Notes: generated from the sequence alone by a model not told the origin. DNA of 64,000 nt from Candidatus Melainabacteria bacterium (GCA_016193285.1 JACPSL010000011.1:22645-86644); one strand, 5' to 3'. Counted from the stretch's first letter, positions 30,582 through 40,012 are shown. Translations and numbers: made by a program.

Positions 30582-31130
30582 TTAGAAACTAATTAAAGTC
30601 GTTATCTTGCAGTCCTCTGGCAATTTCTTTCTACCGCTTAAAAATCCTAATTCTACTACAAATGCTATCCCTACTATAATTCCGCTGATTTTTTTAACTA
30701 GTTTTACTGCAGCTTCTGCTGTACCGCCAGTTGCTAAAAGATCATCTACAATTAAAACCCTCTTCCCGGGCTCTATTGCGTCCACATGAATTTCAAGACT
30801 GTCTTTTCCGTATTCAAGATCATATGATACTCTCTCAGTTTTTGAAGGAAGTTTCCCAGGTTTTCTAATTGGTATAAATCCCTTCTCCATTTTATAAGCA
30901 AGTGCACTGCCAAAAATAAATCCTCTTGCTTCAATTCCTGCAATGTAATCTATTTTTTGTTTTTCAAAATATTTTGATAAAAGATCAATTGAATGCTTAA
31001 ATGCTTCAGGATCTTTAAGTACAGTAGTAATATCTTTAAATACAATACCTTCTCTTGGGAAGTCTTCAATATCTCTAATTTTTGACTTAATTAATTCTGG
31101 CAATTTTTTATCAATTTCTTTTGCTGGCAT
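30582..31130 (-). CDS. apt: adenine phosphoribosyltransferase
   Basis: 182 aa. PRPP loop VLIVDDLLATGGTAEAAVKLV and IAGIEARGFIFGSALAYKM. Confidence 0.85.
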   Translation of the reverse strand: MPAKEIDKKLPELIKSKIRDIEDFPREGIVFKDITTVLKDPEAFKHSIDLLSKYFEKQKIDYIAGIEARGFIFGSALAYKMEKGFIPIRKPGKLPSKTERVSYDLEYGKDSLEIHVDAIEPGKRVLIVDDLLATGGTAEAAVKLVKKISGIIVGIAFVVELGFLSGRKKLPEDCKITTLISF

Positions 31131-31150
31131 AATTTATACCTCGCGTTTCA

Positions 31151-32953
31151 TTATACTAGGGCTTCTGCCTGCATCTCTTTTTCTTTACTTTTTTCCATAA
31201 CATACCAGTCCTTTACTTCAAGTTGGATAAAGATCTCACTGTTATAAAAATTTAACTTTGGAGTGTAAGCAAGTTTTACCTTGTCTCCAATATTAAAGTC
31301 AGCCTTATTGTTGTGATTCCAAATTAAGGCTTCAAGTCTACTAATGTATTTATTTGCCCCATCCCCGATTCGCCGATTCGCCGGTTCGATTGTTAGTTTC
31401 AAATGCTGCCCGTTCTTACCAATATTTCTAATGTTTACAATCTCAACTTCTTCACTTACAAAAACAGGGATAGGATTACCTAACCCAAAAGGAGACAGTT
31501 TGTATATTTCACTCATTAGCTTTAAGTTTAAATTTATAAGTGGAAGTTCAAAGTCAATTTTTAGTATTGGTTCCATATTTGAGTCAAAGAGCAAATTATT
31601 TACATGGTTTTTAAAATCAAAGATAAAATTATTTATATTTTCAGGTTTTATACTTAAGCCACAAGCTAGTTTATGGCCACCAAACTTTTCAAGATGAGTA
31701 GAGCAAGAAGTAATAGCTTCAATAATATTTAAATGTTCTGTACTTCTTCCAGAACCACGTGCAATGTTTTGGTCTTTATCTATTGCAATTAAAATTGTTG
31801 GTAAATTATATTTTTCAACTATCCTTGAAGCAACAATTCCAATTACACCATGGTGCCAGCTTTCTTTAGCTAGTACAATACACTTATCGAGCTGAGTGCT
31901 GACTGCTGATTGCTGATTGCTAATCATTTCCATTGCTTCTTTTAATGTCTCTTCACAAAGAGACTGTCTTTGTTTGTTTTGAGTATCAAGTTCAAAAGCA
32001 ATTCTAGCTGCTTCAAGAGAGTTGTTAGTAGTTAAAAGTTTTACTGCAAGACTTGCATCAGCAAGTCTTCCTATTGCATTTATTCTTGGTGCAATTCCAA
32101 AACCAATATGATCAGTTGTAGGGGCGTGGTTTACCACACCCTGACCGCGTTTATTCATGAATCCACATATCTTAAGTAACTCTTGCAATCCAACTTTTTT
32201 TGTGCTTGCTAATTTAGGGAGCCCGATTTGAACTAAGTATCTATTCTCATCTACAAGTGGAGCAAGATCAGCTATCATACCAAGACAAACAAGATCAAGT
32301 AGCTCTTCTTCGCCGATTCGCCCTTTCGCCCCATCGCCGTTTCGTTCTTCTAAGATAACTTGTGCAAGCTTATAAGCTACTCCAACTCCTGGTAACCAGT
32401 GGAGCTTGTGATCTTGTGGCAGGAGTTTTGGATTTAAAACTGCATAAGCAGACGGAAGAATTTCTGGCAGTGAATGATGATCAGTAACAATTACATCTAA
32501 TCCTAGAGAATTTGCAAATTCGATTTCTTTATGGTTTGTAATTCCACAATCACATGTGACTAGTAGGGATGAATGGCCATTCGTCTCAGCAATTTTTTTT
32601 ACAGCATCTAAATTTAATCCATATCCTTCTGTTAGTCTGTTTGGCATATAAAAATCCACATTGTTTGTAAATTCTTTAAGTGTAATTAAAAGACAAGATG
32701 TAGCAGTAACACCGTCCACGTCATAGTCACCAAAGATTGTAATTTTTTCTTTTTTGTTTATAGCTTCTACAATTCTGTCTTTTGCTTTTATTAAATCTGG
32801 AATTTCTTCAGATAGTGATTCTTTATAAAACTTTGGATCTAAATAAGCTTTTGCTTTTTCTTGTGAATTTATTCCTCTATTTGAGAGTAACTTTTCAATT
32901 AGAAACTCTTTTGTAATTTCTCTGTGTTCTTTTATAAGCCATTTATATTTCAT
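31151..32953 (-). CDS. recJ: single-stranded-DNA-specific exonuclease RecJ
   Basis: DHH motifs ITIFGDYDVDGVTAT and VIVTDHH, a DHHA1 region and a C-terminal OB. Three short tandem-repeat insertions keep the frame. Confidence 0.8.
   Translation of the reverse strand: MKYKWLIKEHREITKEFLIEKLLSNRGINSQEKAKAYLDPKFYKESLSEEIPDLIKAKDRIVEAINKKEKITIFGDYDVDGVTATSCLLITLKEFTNNVDFYMPNRLTEGYGLNLDAVKKIAETNGHSSLLVTCDCGITNHKEIEFANSLGLDVIVTDHHSLPEILPSAYAVLNPKLLPQDHKLHWLPGVGVAYKLAQVILEERNGDGAKGRIGEEELLDLVCLGMIADLAPLVDENRYLVQIGLPKLASTKKVGLQELLKICGFMNKRGQGVVNHAPTTDHIGFGIAPRINAIGRLADASLAVKLLTTNNSLEAARIAFELDTQNKQRQSLCEETLKEAMEMISNQQSAVSTQLDKCIVLAKESWHHGVIGIVASRIVEKYNLPTILIAIDKDQNIARGSGRSTEHLNIIEAITSCSTHLEKFGGHKLACGLSIKPENINNFIFDFKNHVNNLLFDSNMEPILKIDFELPLINLNLKLMSEIYKLSPFGLGNPIPVFVSEEVEIVNIRNIGKNGQHLKLTIEPANRRIGDGANKYISRLEALIWNHNNKADFNIGDKVKLAYTPKLNFYNSEIFIQLEVKDWYVMEKSKEKEMQAEALV
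31363..31392. repeat. GC-rich octanucleotide repeat (ccccgatt/cgccgatt/cgccggtt) inside recJ
   Basis: Direct reading. Shares the unit cgccgatt with the second array at 32311-32344. Confidence 0.8.
31891..31925. repeat. heptanucleotide repeat (gctgagt/gctgact/gctgatt x2/gctaatc) inside recJ
   Basis: Direct reading. It encodes SNQQSAVSTQ on the minus strand. Confidence 0.75.
32311..32344. repeat. GC-rich octanucleotide repeat (cgccgatt/cgcccttt/cgccccat/cgccgttt) inside recJ
   Basis: Direct reading. It encodes NGDGAKGRIGEE on the minus strand. The first array encodes RRIGDGANK, a related peptide. Confidence 0.8.
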
Positions 32954-33054
32954 TTTAAATTAATTAATTTAAGATTTGTTCCCTCTTTTACCTAAGGTGT
33001 TTAATAAGATTATTGGTATAGATAAAGCTACGCACAGTACCACAATTATTAACA

Positions 33055-33366
33055 CTAATTGGATATCCATTTTCTTTCTGTCCTTTCGATTAGATGTTCA
33101 GAACCTTTTAATATAAGTATCATACCAAAGTAAGCTAGTAGAAGAGTAAACCCCAGGTATATAAAAGTTTTAAATGAGAGATGTACAAATTCTTCTCTGA
33201 TGTTTAGGACGAATTGTCCAAACGGAGTAAAACATGCAACGCCAAATATTTTAAGTACACTTGAAATATATTTTTGGTTGTTTGTAAATTTCAATCCAGG
33301 AAATCCTAAATCTTTATGTTTTTGTAACCTCTGGTTACAGTAAAGACTATAATTAAGAAGGAACAA
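33055..33366 (-). CDS. hypothetical small membrane protein
   Basis: 103-aa ORF with one hydrophobic segment. Weak support. Confidence 0.25.
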   Translation of the reverse strand: MFLLNYSLYCNQRLQKHKDLGFPGLKFTNNQKYISSVLKIFGVACFTPFGQFVLNIREEFVHLSFKTFIYLGFTLLLAYFGMILILKGSEHLIERTERKWISN

Positions 33367-33398
33367 AATCCTTAACTATCAATTCTCAATTTTTTCTT

Positions 33399-34703
33399 AT
33401 GTCAACATTTACTTATAAAGCACGAAATAATAAAGGTGAACTAAAAGAATCTTCAATTTTAGCTAGTAGTGTTGATAATGCTAGAGCAACATTAAAACAA
33501 GAAGGCTTGTGGGTCCTTGATATTAAACAAATTGATAAAGAAGAAACAAAAGAAGCAAGTGAATTGCCGTTTGCTAATGTGGAAGCTGTGAAAGAACAAG
33601 AACCAGTAAAGAAAGAAAGTATAAAAGAAAAAGATTTCTTGAAAGAGTTTTTAACCAAGTATCAGCCAATTTCTTTAAAAGATATGGTCATTTTTTCCAG
33701 ACAATTTGCTTCAATGGTTGAAGCTGGCGTTGCAATGCTTAGAGCTCTTACTGTTATGACTGACCAGACTCAAAATCCAAGACTAAAAAAAGTATTAGAG
33801 CAAGTAAGATATGATATTGAACAAGGTAGTACTCTTTCAGATGCATTAGAAAAGCATTCTAAAATTTTTGATCGTTTGTATATCTCAATGGTAAAAGCAG
33901 GCGAAGCAGGTGGTGTTTTAGATCAGGTATTAAATCGTTTAGCTTTATTTATGGAAGAAAGGAGCAGACTTACTCAGCAAGTTAAGTCAGCCATGACTTA
34001 TCCTATTGTTGTTATGTTAATTGCAGTTGGTGTTTTTTATGCAATGTTGACTTTGGTGCTTCCAACTTTTTCTGGGCTTTTTACATCGCTTGGTAGTGAG
34101 CTCCCGGCTTACACAAGATTCTTGATTACAATAAGTGAATTTTTAAGATCATGGTATATGTTAGCTGTAATTGCAATAATTGCAGGTTCTGTATGGGGTT
34201 TAAAAAAGTGGTATGGTACAACAGAAGGGAAATTTACAATTGACCTTGCTCTTTTAGGAACCCCTGTTATGGGTGATATTTTAAAGAAGGTTGCAGTAGC
34301 AAGGTTTACCAGGACATTTGGAACCTTGACAAAAAGTGGTGTTCCAATAGTTACTGCATTGGATGTGGTTAAAGATTCTGCTGACAATGCAGTACTTGCA
34401 AAAGCAATTGAAGCAGTACAACAAAGAGTTCAGGAAGGTGGGACTATTAATGGTCCAATGAGTGAAAGTAAAATATTCCCGCCAATGGTTACTCAAATGG
34501 TTGCAATTGGTGAAGAGACAGGACAACTTGAAAATATGTTAGAAAAAGTTGCTGACTTTTATGATGTTGAAGTAAGCACTGCAGTTGAAGCACTAACCTC
34601 GCTTCTTGAACCACTTATGATAGTTACACTTGGTGGCCTTGTTGGTGCAATTGTAGTTGGGATGTACTTGCCAATATTTACTGTGATATCACAGATTAAA
34701 TAG
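33399..34703 (+). CDS. pilC: type II secretion system F / type IV pilus assembly protein PilC family
   Basis: Two T2SSF repeats (DMVIFSRQFASMVEAGVAMLRAL... and FTRTFGTLTKSGVPIVTALDV...) and three TM segments. Confidence 0.75.
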   Translation: MSTFTYKARNNKGELKESSILASSVDNARATLKQEGLWVLDIKQIDKEETKEASELPFANVEAVKEQEPVKKESIKEKDFLKEFLTKYQPISLKDMVIFSRQFASMVEAGVAMLRALTVMTDQTQNPRLKKVLEQVRYDIEQGSTLSDALEKHSKIFDRLYISMVKAGEAGGVLDQVLNRLALFMEERSRLTQQVKSAMTYPIVVMLIAVGVFYAMLTLVLPTFSGLFTSLGSELPAYTRFLITISEFLRSWYMLAVIAIIAGSVWGLKKWYGTTEGKFTIDLALLGTPVMGDILKKVAVARFTRTFGTLTKSGVPIVTALDVVKDSADNAVLAKAIEAVQQRVQEGGTINGPMSESKIFPPMVTQMVAIGEETGQLENMLEKVADFYDVEVSTAVEALTSLLEPLMIVTLGGLVGAIVVGMYLPIFTVISQIK

Positions 34704-34790
34704 ACCATAGACCATAGACCACAGACCATAGGCTACAAGAAGGTCTATAGTCTATAGTCTATTGTCTTTGGTCTTTAGTCTTTGGTCTTT
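34702..34790. repeat. array of ~13 heptanucleotide units (agaccat x4, then tctatag/tctttgg variants) forming an imperfect inverted structure
   Basis: Direct reading gives agaccat-agaccat-agaccac-agaccat-aggctac-aagaagg-tctatag-tctatag-tctattg-tctttgg-tctttag-tctttgg. The second half is approximately the reverse complement of the first. Confidence 0.8.
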
Positions 34791-35079
34791 TTCTAGAATA
34801 CTTCTTACTTATCTCATCCAGGATATTTCTTGGATCAGCCATTACGAAAGGATTTGTAAGCATGTTTGGTAAGTGCTGGAGTTTTTTTAAGTCAGCTGCA
34901 ATTTCTGAAATTTTACTTGATAAAGTAGCCATTGCTCCAAATGCACCAATCTTACAGGAGTTATTTAATTCTTTAATTAACTCATTTAGTTCTTTAGTTA
35001 GGTCTTTGTAAAGAGAGTCTATTAAAGCATGATCCAGTGCTTTTGTTGTGGCTATGTCTTTTTTAGGTTGTGATCGCAT
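34759..35079 (-). CDS. hypothetical protein (C-terminus encoded by the heptamer repeat array)
   Basis: 106-aa ORF. Its last ~10 codons (KTKDQRQ...) are read from the repeat array. Confidence 0.4.
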   Translation of the reverse strand: MRSQPKKDIATTKALDHALIDSLYKDLTKELNELIKELNNSCKIGAFGAMATLSSKISEIAADLKKLQHLPNMLTNPFVMADPRNILDEISKKYSRKRPKTKDQRQ

Positions 35080-35312
35080 GAGTGTATTTAACTCAATAAT
35101 ATCTGGTTTAGATAGAATTTTGAATACTATAAACTCGTAAATCAGATAAAAAAAAATTAATCTTCACGATAATTCAGGCTAAATCACTAAATTGGTAGAA
35201 CTTAACAAGCAACATTAAAAGAAATTTATCTTTATCATTACTACTCTTGAACTTGTTGTAAAGATGCATATGCGTGATAATAAGTAGATGTGTTTTATAG
35301 GATGCTGACAAA

Positions 35313-35741
35313 GTGAATCAAGAAATAGATATAAAGAAAACAAGCTTAATATTAGTCGGGTTAATTTGGTTTCTTGTAGGTTTAGGATTGTCAATTGCTG
35401 GTGTAAGGTGGTTGTTACATTTAAACTTTGGGCCTAAATTTATTATATTTCTTGCAATTGCTCTTTCAATAGGGCTGTTGAAGGGGGAATTTTTACTTCG
35501 GAAAGTAGCTCTTAAGTATTATAAAAGATCTGAAGTCATTCAATTTGATAAAAGTGACATGTTCACAGGTTGTGTGAAAATATTAGGTATAAAAGGTTTT
35601 ATTTTAATTAGTATGATGATGATTTTAGGTTCTTTGCTGCGTCATAGCAGCTTTGATAGACCAATTTTAGGAATAATCTATCTGGCAGTAGGCATTGCTT
35701 TGGTGTATGCTAGTAAAATATTTTTTAGTAATAAAGAATAA
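35313..35741 (+). CDS. hypothetical membrane protein
   Basis: 142 aa with four hydrophobic segments. GTG start per the ORF track. Confidence 0.4.
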   Translation: MNQEIDIKKTSLILVGLIWFLVGLGLSIAGVRWLLHLNFGPKFIIFLAIALSIGLLKGEFLLRKVALKYYKRSEVIQFDKSDMFTGCVKILGIKGFILISMMMILGSLLRHSSFDRPILGIIYLAVGIALVYASKIFFSNKE

Positions 35742-35779
35742 AATATAATTTAATAAGACGACTAATTTAAAAGGGAACA

Positions 35780-36961
35780 ATGCCACAAGTAACATTTGAA
35801 GAACTAAAAAATAAGTATCAAAATAAACCTTTCTTAGAAACTGAAGTAAATTGTAAGTTGCTTTTAAAAACAAAGGAAGGATATATTGTTGATGTTAATG
35901 AAGAGTGGGAAGGTTTTATACCCAATAGCCATGTTGTTAATGGTGCAGAAATTGAACTTCACCAAAGTGAACCTTTTAAGGTTTTAGTTATCTCTGGACC
36001 GGATAAAAGCGATCAGTTTTTAGTTTCGCAAAAAGCACTAAGAGAAAAAACTGTTTGTGAAAATCTTCAAAAATTAAAAGATGAAAACAAACCAATTAAA
36101 ATTACCATCTCAAAAGTAATAAAAGGTGGAGCTGAAGTATATATTGATGGAGTAAGAGCATTTTTACCAGGCAGATACATAAGACTTCCTGGTATAAGTC
36201 AGGAAAACTGGGTTAACCAAGAAATAGAAGTTTTAATTGAGGAGCTGGATTACAAGGAAAGAAAAATTATTTTAAATCACAGAAAAGCCATTGAGCTAGA
36301 CAGACAAAAGAAAGCAGAAGTAACAATTAAAAAATTAAATGAAGGAGATATTATCGAAGCTCCGATTTTACGAATTGCAGACTTTGGGATTTTTATAGAT
36401 CTTGGAGGACTTGATGGTTTAATCCCTGCTTCAGAAATCAGCTGGGGGAGATTTCGTCATCCAAAAGAAGTAGTAAAAGTTGGACAAGTAGTTCAAGCAA
36501 GGATTTTTAGGATTGATAAAGAAAATAAAAGAGTGGCATTAAGCATTAAACAAATTTTAGGAGATCCTTGGGAACAAGTTGAGAGCACGCTGGGAATTGA
36601 TACCCTGGCCAGCGGGAAAGTTATAAGTGAAGCTTCATTTGGATTATTTATTGAGCTTAAACCTGGTGTTGAAGCTTTATTGCATAATTCTGAGATCCCA
36701 GAAAATGTTCAAAGACCTAAAGTAAACTCATTTATTACTGCAAGACTAATAAAAGTTGATCCTGAACAAAGGAAAATAGGGCTTTCACTAAAAGATGTGG
36801 GTCAAAGCACCACAGAATTAGAGAGTCAGGAAGTAGAACAAAGCCTGCAAGATGCTAGTGTTGAAGAAAAACAAAGTAACATAATAGAAGAAGTAGTAAA
36901 CACTGATGCAAGCAGCAGCATCACAGTAGAAAAGAAAGATGAACAAGAGCCAGGAGTATAG
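35780..36961 (+). CDS. rpsA: 30S ribosomal protein S1-like (multi-S1-domain RNA-binding protein)
   Basis: At least three S1 domains (e.g. GDIIEAPILRIADFGIFIDLGG...VKVGQVVQARIFRIDKENKRVALSIKQ). 393 aa with an acidic C-terminal tail. Confidence 0.65.
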   Translation: MPQVTFEELKNKYQNKPFLETEVNCKLLLKTKEGYIVDVNEEWEGFIPNSHVVNGAEIELHQSEPFKVLVISGPDKSDQFLVSQKALREKTVCENLQKLKDENKPIKITISKVIKGGAEVYIDGVRAFLPGRYIRLPGISQENWVNQEIEVLIEELDYKERKIILNHRKAIELDRQKKAEVTIKKLNEGDIIEAPILRIADFGIFIDLGGLDGLIPASEISWGRFRHPKEVVKVGQVVQARIFRIDKENKRVALSIKQILGDPWEQVESTLGIDTLASGKVISEASFGLFIELKPGVEALLHNSEIPENVQRPKVNSFITARLIKVDPEQRKIGLSLKDVGQSTTELESQEVEQSLQDASVEEKQSNIIEEVVNTDASSSITVEKKDEQEPGV

Positions 36962-38330
36962 TTTGTTGACACAAGAAATACAACCCATTACAAAAGATGC
37001 ACAAAAAAATGTGTTAAAAGTAATTTGCGAGTCACCTACTTTAGCAGTTGAGGAACTTGCTCTTAGCTTAAAAAGCAGAGGGAAAGAAATTCTACAGGAG
37101 GAAATCCTTCAGGTTATTTATAGTATCTCGCCAAATAAAAACTGGCACAGGGCAACACAGGAAGATATTTTAAAAGAGATCCTGGAATATCTTTGGACAT
37201 TAGAATCTCAGATTTTATTTTTATTGCCAACAAAACAAAAAGAGACTACTATTGTTGAGTTTAATCAAATTAGGTTACAAAATAAGCAGTCAAAAGTCTC
37301 AAAAGATTTAATTAGACACTTGCAATCATTACTTATGGTTGAAGGTAAAAATCTTGCTAAGTTTAAAAGATTTGAAAAAGAACAAGCAATTCAAACTGAT
37401 TTAGATATAAACATTCAAGCTCAGTGGCTTATAAGAATGATTCTAGCTGGCCCTTCATTAGAGGGGATAAATACAGCACAAGCATTGCCGGTGTTACTCC
37501 AAAATTCTATAAAAGAGAAATTCCCTATTATCTCAGAAAAGGTTGGGAAGAGTTTGCAAAGACTATGTGAAAGATTTGTTGAAAAATACTTTCCTAAAAA
37601 TGTTAGTGAAGAGAAACTAAAAGAATTAGTAAGCTTATACCAGTCAATTTATAATACTCATAAAAAAGGGACAGATACAAATCTATCTATTCAAAGTGAG
37701 TTCCATGATCAAAACAAATTAGTTCAAAATGTGGTTGAGGAGCTAAAAGAGGTACAAGACATTGTAAACAAATCCCATGAAGGTGGCTTTTTAAGCAAGT
37801 TATTCATGGGTAAGGTAAAGAATCGTGAGGGTGTAATAAAAAAAGTTGACGAGGTAATATCAAATCTTAATCAGGTAATTGATTTGAATAATAAGACAAG
37901 TAAGAACCAAAACGAAAAAGTTTTGTTGATACAAAAACTACAATCAGATTATGAAAACATTATTCTAGTAAAAAACCAGTTGGAAAATGATTTAAATGTA
38001 TTAAATGACAGACTTAAAGAACTTCAAAGTAACTCTTCAAACCTGGAGAAAGATCTGCAAGACAAGACTGAGTCTCTTGAAAGATCACATGAAAAAATTG
38101 TAATGCTTCAACGAAAAACAGATGAAATCCCGGAATTAGAAACAAAAGCAAATCATCTAAGAGAAGAGTTAAGTACAGCAAAAGATATTTCCCTAAGGCT
38201 TTATAAGAGAGTAAATAAGCTAAAGACAGAACTGCTTAAACAAAATAATGATAAACCTAAGAATTACAAAATCAATGGAATAAATGGTCAGACAATTATT
38301 AAGATACAGCCCAATGAGGTGATCACTTAG
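36939..38330 (+). CDS. hypothetical coiled-coil protein
   Basis: 463 aa. The C-terminal 200 aa are strongly heptad-like (LENDLNVLNDRLKELQSNSSNLEKDLQDKTESLERSHEKIVMLQRK). Confidence 0.5.
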   Translation: MNKSQEYSLLTQEIQPITKDAQKNVLKVICESPTLAVEELALSLKSRGKEILQEEILQVIYSISPNKNWHRATQEDILKEILEYLWTLESQILFLLPTKQKETTIVEFNQIRLQNKQSKVSKDLIRHLQSLLMVEGKNLAKFKRFEKEQAIQTDLDINIQAQWLIRMILAGPSLEGINTAQALPVLLQNSIKEKFPIISEKVGKSLQRLCERFVEKYFPKNVSEEKLKELVSLYQSIYNTHKKGTDTNLSIQSEFHDQNKLVQNVVEELKEVQDIVNKSHEGGFLSKLFMGKVKNREGVIKKVDEVISNLNQVIDLNNKTSKNQNEKVLLIQKLQSDYENIILVKNQLENDLNVLNDRLKELQSNSSNLEKDLQDKTESLERSHEKIVMLQRKTDEIPELETKANHLREELSTAKDISLRLYKRVNKLKTELLKQNNDKPKNYKINGINGQTIIKIQPNEVIT

Positions 38331-38539
38331 TGTAATCCTACTTTAGTTTCTACAATAGGTAGAATCTCTTCCATTGTTTGGAATACTTTTTTAATAAGTT
38401 CACATACTTGCTCAAGTTTCATTGTAGGTTCAGCATCATCACCTTTTTTTCTTACAGAACTATTTATGTAAGCTACAACAATATCTTTTACTGCTTTTAG
38501 TTTTTCTTCGTTTGAAACATTTTTTAGCATCGATGACAT
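38327..38539 (-). CDS. hypothetical small protein
   Basis: 70-aa ORF whose start abuts the kdsB stop. Same strand as kdsB. Confidence 0.35.
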   Translation of the reverse strand: MSSMLKNVSNEEKLKAVKDIVVAYINSSVRKKGDDAEPTMKLEQVCELIKKVFQTMEEILPIVETKVGLH

Positions 38540-38540
38540 T

Positions 38541-39311
38541 TTAAATTACCCCCTTTGAATAAGATAGCATAAAAATATCCTCAATTGCTTTTATATCTTC
38601 TGGTCTATCTACTGCTGGATAAGATTTCGGTACTACCTCAAGCTTAATCTTAATGCCATTTTCGAGAGCACGGAGTTGTTCCAGTTGCTCTAGCTCTTCG
38701 AGTTTGGATGGAGGTAAGTTACTAAACTTAAGTAATGTTTCTCTTGTGTAAGCATAGATGCCAATGTGGCGGAAATAGGAATTGGTTTCGAGGTTTCGAG
38801 GTTTCGAGGTTTCGAGGTTTTTATAGGGAATTGGTGATCTTGAAAAATAAAGTGCAAAATTATTTTTGTCCATGACTACTTTAACAATACTTGGATTAGT
38901 TAAGTCATCTAGATTTGTAATCGGGGTTACAAGGGTGGACATTTCGAATCCTGAGGTTAGAACTTCTATAACTTTATCTATATATTCACTTGGCATTAGT
39001 GGTTCATCGCCTTGTAAATTAACCACATATTTTATTTCTGGATATTTTTCTGCAACTTCACTAATTCTATCTGTGCCGCATTTGTGATCTTTAGAGGTTA
39101 GACAAACGTCTATCTTAAGTGCTGAGTGCTTGTCAACAAAATCAACAATTCTTTTGTCATCTGTTGCAACAATTATTTTATTTGCAAGTTTTGAACCACA
39201 TGCAGCATTTATTACCCATTCAATCATTGGTTTCCCTGCAATTTTTACAAGTGGCTTTCCAGGGAAACGAGTACTTCCAAAACGTGCTGGAATAATAATG
39301 GCTGTTGTCAT
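38541..39311 (-). CDS. kdsB: 3-deoxy-manno-octulosonate cytidylyltransferase (CMP-KDO synthetase)
   Basis: MTTAIIIPARFGSTRFPGKPLVKIAGKPMIEWV N-terminus. Carries an octamer-repeat insertion that keeps the frame (NLETSKPRNLETN). Confidence 0.8.
   Translation of the reverse strand: MTTAIIIPARFGSTRFPGKPLVKIAGKPMIEWVINAACGSKLANKIIVATDDKRIVDFVDKHSALKIDVCLTSKDHKCGTDRISEVAEKYPEIKYVVNLQGDEPLMPSEYIDKVIEVLTSGFEMSTLVTPITNLDDLTNPSIVKVVMDKNNFALYFSRSPIPYKNLETSKPRNLETNSYFRHIGIYAYTRETLLKFSNLPPSKLEELEQLEQLRALENGIKIKLEVVPKSYPAVDRPEDIKAIEDIFMLSYSKGVI
38784..38823. repeat. octanucleotide tandem repeat (ggtttcga x4 plus a degenerate fifth unit) inside kdsB
   Basis: Direct reading of ggtttcgaggtttcgaggtttcgaggtttcgaggttttta. 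Confidence 0.85.
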
Positions 39312-39369
39312 GTAGAAGATTATAGCTTAAACTTACTCATACACATGACATTTCTTTTATAATGTTTGT

Positions 39370-39825
39370 ATGTCCAGTAAAAAGAAAAAAAAGATTCTTA
39401 TCCTCCATGGTCCTAACCTAAATATGCTTGGTAAAAGGGAAAAAAGTATTTATGGCAAAGTTAGTTTAGAAAAAATAAATAATGAGTTAAAAGATCTTGC
39501 TAAAGAATTAAAAGTTTCTCTTGAAATAAAACAATCAAATATAGAAGGAGAACTTGTAAACTTTATTCAAAGTGCATCTAAGAATGGCACAAGTGGAACC
39601 CTTATAAACCCAGCAGCTTACACACATACAAGCGTTGCAATTCGAGATGCAATTTTAGCTACAAAACTGCCAACAGTTGAAGTGCATCTTTCAAATATTT
39701 ATTCAAGAGAAGAGTTCAGGCAAAAATCACTTACTGCTCCTGCTTGTGTTGGGCAGATTACTGGCTTTGGGAAAGATAGTTATTTGCTTGGCTTAAAGGC
39801 ATTAGTAGGAAAGATTAATGTCTGA
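39370..39825 (+). CDS. aroQ: 3-dehydroquinate dehydratase, type II
   Basis: [22 protein letters not shown] and [12 protein letters not shown] motifs. 151 aa. Confidence 0.85.
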   Translation: MSSKKKKKILILHGPNLNMLGKREKSIYGKVSLEKINNELKDLAKELKVSLEIKQSNIEGELVNFIQSASKNGTSGTLINPAAYTHTSVAIRDAILATKLPTVEVHLSNIYSREEFRQKSLTAPACVGQITGFGKDSYLLGLKALVGKINV

Positions 39826-40012
39826 TCCAGAAGATTCGTGGCATAAGAAAGCTACTACTACTGTACGTTATGATCTTTGTAGTAAGTGTGAGTTCTTTGC
39901 ACCACAAAAACCATATGAACCTGGAGTAAGATGTATTTTTAATTTAAGGCCAGATGTTGTTTTTGAAGATGATAGAGCTGTTGCAAAGTGTGAAGTGTTT
40001 AAGGGGAAATAG
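39818..40012 (+). CDS. small four-Cys (zinc-ribbon-like) protein
   Basis: 64 aa with Cys at C-x2-C (CSKC), RCIF and AKCE. Its ATG overlaps the aroQ stop (ATGTCTGA), consistent with translational coupling. Confidence 0.4.
   Translation: MSDPEDSWHKKATTTVRYDLCSKCEFFAPQKPYEPGVRCIFNLRPDVVFEDDRAVAKCEVFKGK

Noticed and set aside
31363-31392. Possible tRNA or tRNA fragment in the GC-rich segment (ggttcgatt resembles a T-loop)
   Set aside because: No acceptor, D or anticodon stems can be drawn. The sequence is an octamer tandem repeat inside recJ that keeps the frame.
34702-34790. Possible CRISPR array
   Set aside because: Units are 7 nt with no spacers. This is a short tandem repeat, not a repeat-spacer array. 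No cas genes are present in the window.
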